This document shows, piece by piece, positions 62,095 through 64,000 of a stretch of DNA of 64,000 bases. The notes under the pieces are model-generated. The model saw only the letters and a list, made by a program, of their open reading frames with translations. It had not been told where the DNA came from and ran no database searches. Positions within the stretch are counted from its first letter, which is position 1. Each line of letters starts with the position of its first letter. The DNA is taken from contig VXWI01000054.1 in NCBI GenBank assembly GCA_009835985.1, positions 10,412 through 74,411 on the forward strand, given 5' to 3'. Position numbers and translations under genes: made by a program. The DNA is from Acidobacteriota bacterium. GTDB taxonomy: Bacteria > Acidobacteriota > Vicinamibacteria > Marinacidobacterales > Marinacidobacteraceae.

Positions 62095-63072
62095 TCATGG
62101 CGCGGTCCTGAGCACCGTGGCGCCGAGCGCCAGCCCGGAGAACAGGAGGACCGCCGCCCAGCCGGCGAGCCGGGGTCCGTCGTCCGACCAGCTCGTCCAC
62201 GTCGGCGCCCGGAGTTCGGTCCTCTCCAGCGCATCGATTTCCCCGTAGACCGCCCGGAGACCCTCGCTGTCGCGGGCCCGGAAGTAGCGGCCGCCGGTGG
62301 CGTCCGCGACTTCGGTCAGCATCGCTTCGTCAATCCCGGGAGCGTTCCGGACATCGAGGGAGCCGTCCGGCCGCCGCATGACCATCCGCCCTCCCTGCTG
62401 GCTCCCGGCGCCCACCGTGTAGACCCGGATTCCCCGGGTCCGGGCCAACCCGGCGGCGGTCAACGGATGGATTTCGCCCGCATTCGAGACCCCGTCGGTG
62501 AGCAGGACGATGACCCGGCTCTCCGCCTCCGAGCCCGCGAGCCGGTTGACCGAAGCCGCGATCGCATTGCCGATCGCGGTCCCGTCGGGGATGTCGCCGA
62601 TGTCCACCTCCCGCAGCCGGTCCGTGAGGACGCCGTGATCGAGCGTCAGGGGACTGAGCGTCACCGCGTTCCGGGCGAACGCCACCGCCCCCAGGCGGTC
62701 GTCCGTCCGCCGTTCGACGAAGTCCTCGAGGACCTCCTTGGCGGCGACCAGACGATTCGCCGGGGCGAAGTCCTCCGCCCGCATGCTCGAGGAGATGTCG
62801 AGGGCGAGCACGATGTCCACCCCGAGGCTCGTGCCGGTCTCCTCGGTGATCCCGGTCTGGGGACGGGCGAGGGCGACCGCGGCGAGCGCCAGCGCGGCGA
62901 GCACGAGCGCTCCGGGAAGGAAGGCGAGCCGGGAACGGAGCGAGCGGGGCAGCTCCCGCAGTCCGGCCGCCTCCGGGAAACGGAGCGACGGCGCCGCGAG
63001 CCGCCGCGCGCGCACGACGAACAGCGGAATCAGGAGCAGCAGCAGGAGCGCCGCCGGCCACAGCAGGCGCAT
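62095..63072 (-). CDS. batA: BatA vWA-domain membrane protein
   Basis: N-terminal double TM, VLALDISSSM MIDAS motif, VIVLLTDGVSN, C-terminal TM. Confidence 0.75.
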   Translation of the reverse strand: MRLLWPAALLLLLLIPLFVVRARRLAAPSLRFPEAAGLRELPRSLRSRLAFLPGALVLAALALAAVALARPQTGITEETGTSLGVDIVLALDISSSMRAEDFAPANRLVAAKEVLEDFVERRTDDRLGAVAFARNAVTLSPLTLDHGVLTDRLREVDIGDIPDGTAIGNAIAASVNRLAGSEAESRVIVLLTDGVSNAGEIHPLTAAGLARTRGIRVYTVGAGSQQGGRMVMRRPDGSLDVRNAPGIDEAMLTEVADATGGRYFRARDSEGLRAVYGEIDALERTELRAPTWTSWSDDGPRLAGWAAVLLFSGLALGATVLRTAP

Positions 63073-64000
63073 CAGCGGGCCTCCAGTTCGCCGCGCGTCC
63101 CGGTGGACGGCCCAGGCCCACCCGGAGGCAGAGAGCCCTTCTTTTCCAGCCCTTCGCCGGAATCCGGCTCCAAGGTGAGCGGCGGGCGGGTCCGGTCCAG
63201 GAACATCCCCGCGTCCCGGAACCGCGACTGCGCGGCGTCCGGGCGGAAGGCCCGTTCGCTGAACTTGGCGAGATCGGCCTCACTCAGGACGGAGGCGAGC
63301 AGCGTCAGCGCTTCACGATGCTCGGGCGCCGCCCGGACCCGCAAGTCCCTGACGATCTCACCGGTGGTCCGTTCGCTCCAGGGTGTCTCGAACCGCCGCC
63401 CCGCGTAACGCTTCATGATCCCGGCGAGACCCTCGTAGTAGCCCACCACGTCGCCCTTTTCGAGGAGTCCGGCCCGGGCCAACCGGGCGAGCGCGGCCTC
63501 CGCCTCCGCTGCCGGTGGAGGCAGCGGTACGGCCGGCGCTTCCCGGGCGCCGCGGCGCCGCCAGCGCCACCAGGCGGCGGCGAGGAGGACCAGGGCGCCC
63601 AGCGCGAGCAGGCCGATCGCTCCCCAGCGCGGGGGCACGTTCAGTGCGAACGGCCCCCGGATGTCGTGGATGTCTCCCCCTGCCGCTTCGGAGTCGGGCG
63701 GCAGCGACGAGACCACCCGTACCGGAGACGGCGGCGCCTCGATCAGCGACAGTTCGCCGTCCACGCCCCGGATGCCGACCGGTACGGGGGGAATCTCGTG
63801 GTCGCCGGGAAGCACGAACGCGCCGAGCCGGAGGTGGAACCGGCTCTCCCCGGCCGGTGCGCCGTCCGGCTCGAGCGGGACTGCCCCCAGCACCCGGAAG
63901 TCGCCGAGGCTCTCCTCGACGACCGGCGCGGTCTCCGCACCCTCGGGGTGCTCCACCACCACTTCCAGCTCGAAGACGTCTCCGACCTCGACCGGCTCGG
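63072..64000 (-). CDS. DUF4381-like membrane protein of the bat operon, N-terminus beyond window
   Basis: ORF open to the window end. Single TM (IGLLALGALVLLAAAWW). Position immediately upstream of batA matches the conserved bat-operon layout. Confidence 0.45.
   Translation of the reverse strand, partial: EPVEVGDVFELEVVVEHPEGAETAPVVEESLGDFRVLGAVPLEPDGAPAGESRFHLRLGAFVLPGDHEIPPVPVGIRGVDGELSLIEAPPSPVRVVSSLPPDSEAAGGDIHDIRGPFALNVPPRWGAIGLLALGALVLLAAAWWRWRRRGAREAPAVPLPPPAAEAEAALARLARAGLLEKGDVVGYYEGLAGIMKRYAGRRFETPWSERTTGEIVRDLRVRAAPEHREALTLLASVLSEADLAKFSERAFRPDAAQSRFRDAGMFLDRTRPPLTLEPDSGEGLEKKGSLPPGGPGPSTGTRGELEAR

Overview
This is a ~70% GC bacterial chromosomal segment, densely coding on both strands. 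Its gene content (a complete Bat aerotolerance-type operon, several secreted vWA/TPR proteins, many secreted peptidases and glycosidases) suggests a Gemmatimonadota/Acidobacteriota-like organism; that taxonomic guess is inference only. Main blocks in order: a TRAP permease 3' end and an orphan HlyD-type adaptor. A 32-bp x ~10 tandem repeat array at 2498-2835. etfBA and fumC. A VapBC toxin-antitoxin pair. An S9 peptidase and a beta-propeller protein. A GH63-like hydrolase followed by a LacZ-type GH2 beta-galactosidase that carries a poly-Glu insert and a C-terminal discoidin domain. A HicB/HicA pair. Two tandem DUF819 paralogs, then FAH, a class V aminotransferase, ygfZ and rmuC. An erythromycin-esterase-family protein with two tandem catalytic domains, then a secreted DUF1028/PQQ/M23 cluster. 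A DenV-like UV glycosylase next to disrupted IS3 fragments. A large BatA-like vWA protein, an Ig-like/LVIVD protein, and a run of peptidases (M81, S58/DmpA, M19, M20). Two paralogous secreted TPR->vWA two-gene modules (47192-46314 and 55582-53954) sit co-directionally upstream of different cargo: a radical-SAM (PA0069/SplB-like) gene plus S58 peptidase in one case, and a McrBC type IV restriction pair in the other. The McrB has an unusual PUA/EVE-like N-terminal reader domain. The window ends with a canonical batA-batE operon. Small elements: a palindromic repeat family (7869-8036, 17222-17275), nested inverted repeats at 22222-22399, and a polypyrimidine tract at 41160-41375. No CRISPR array, rRNA, tRNA or intact mobile element was found. 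Many long ORFs in the supplied track are antisense or out-of-frame artefacts of the high GC content.
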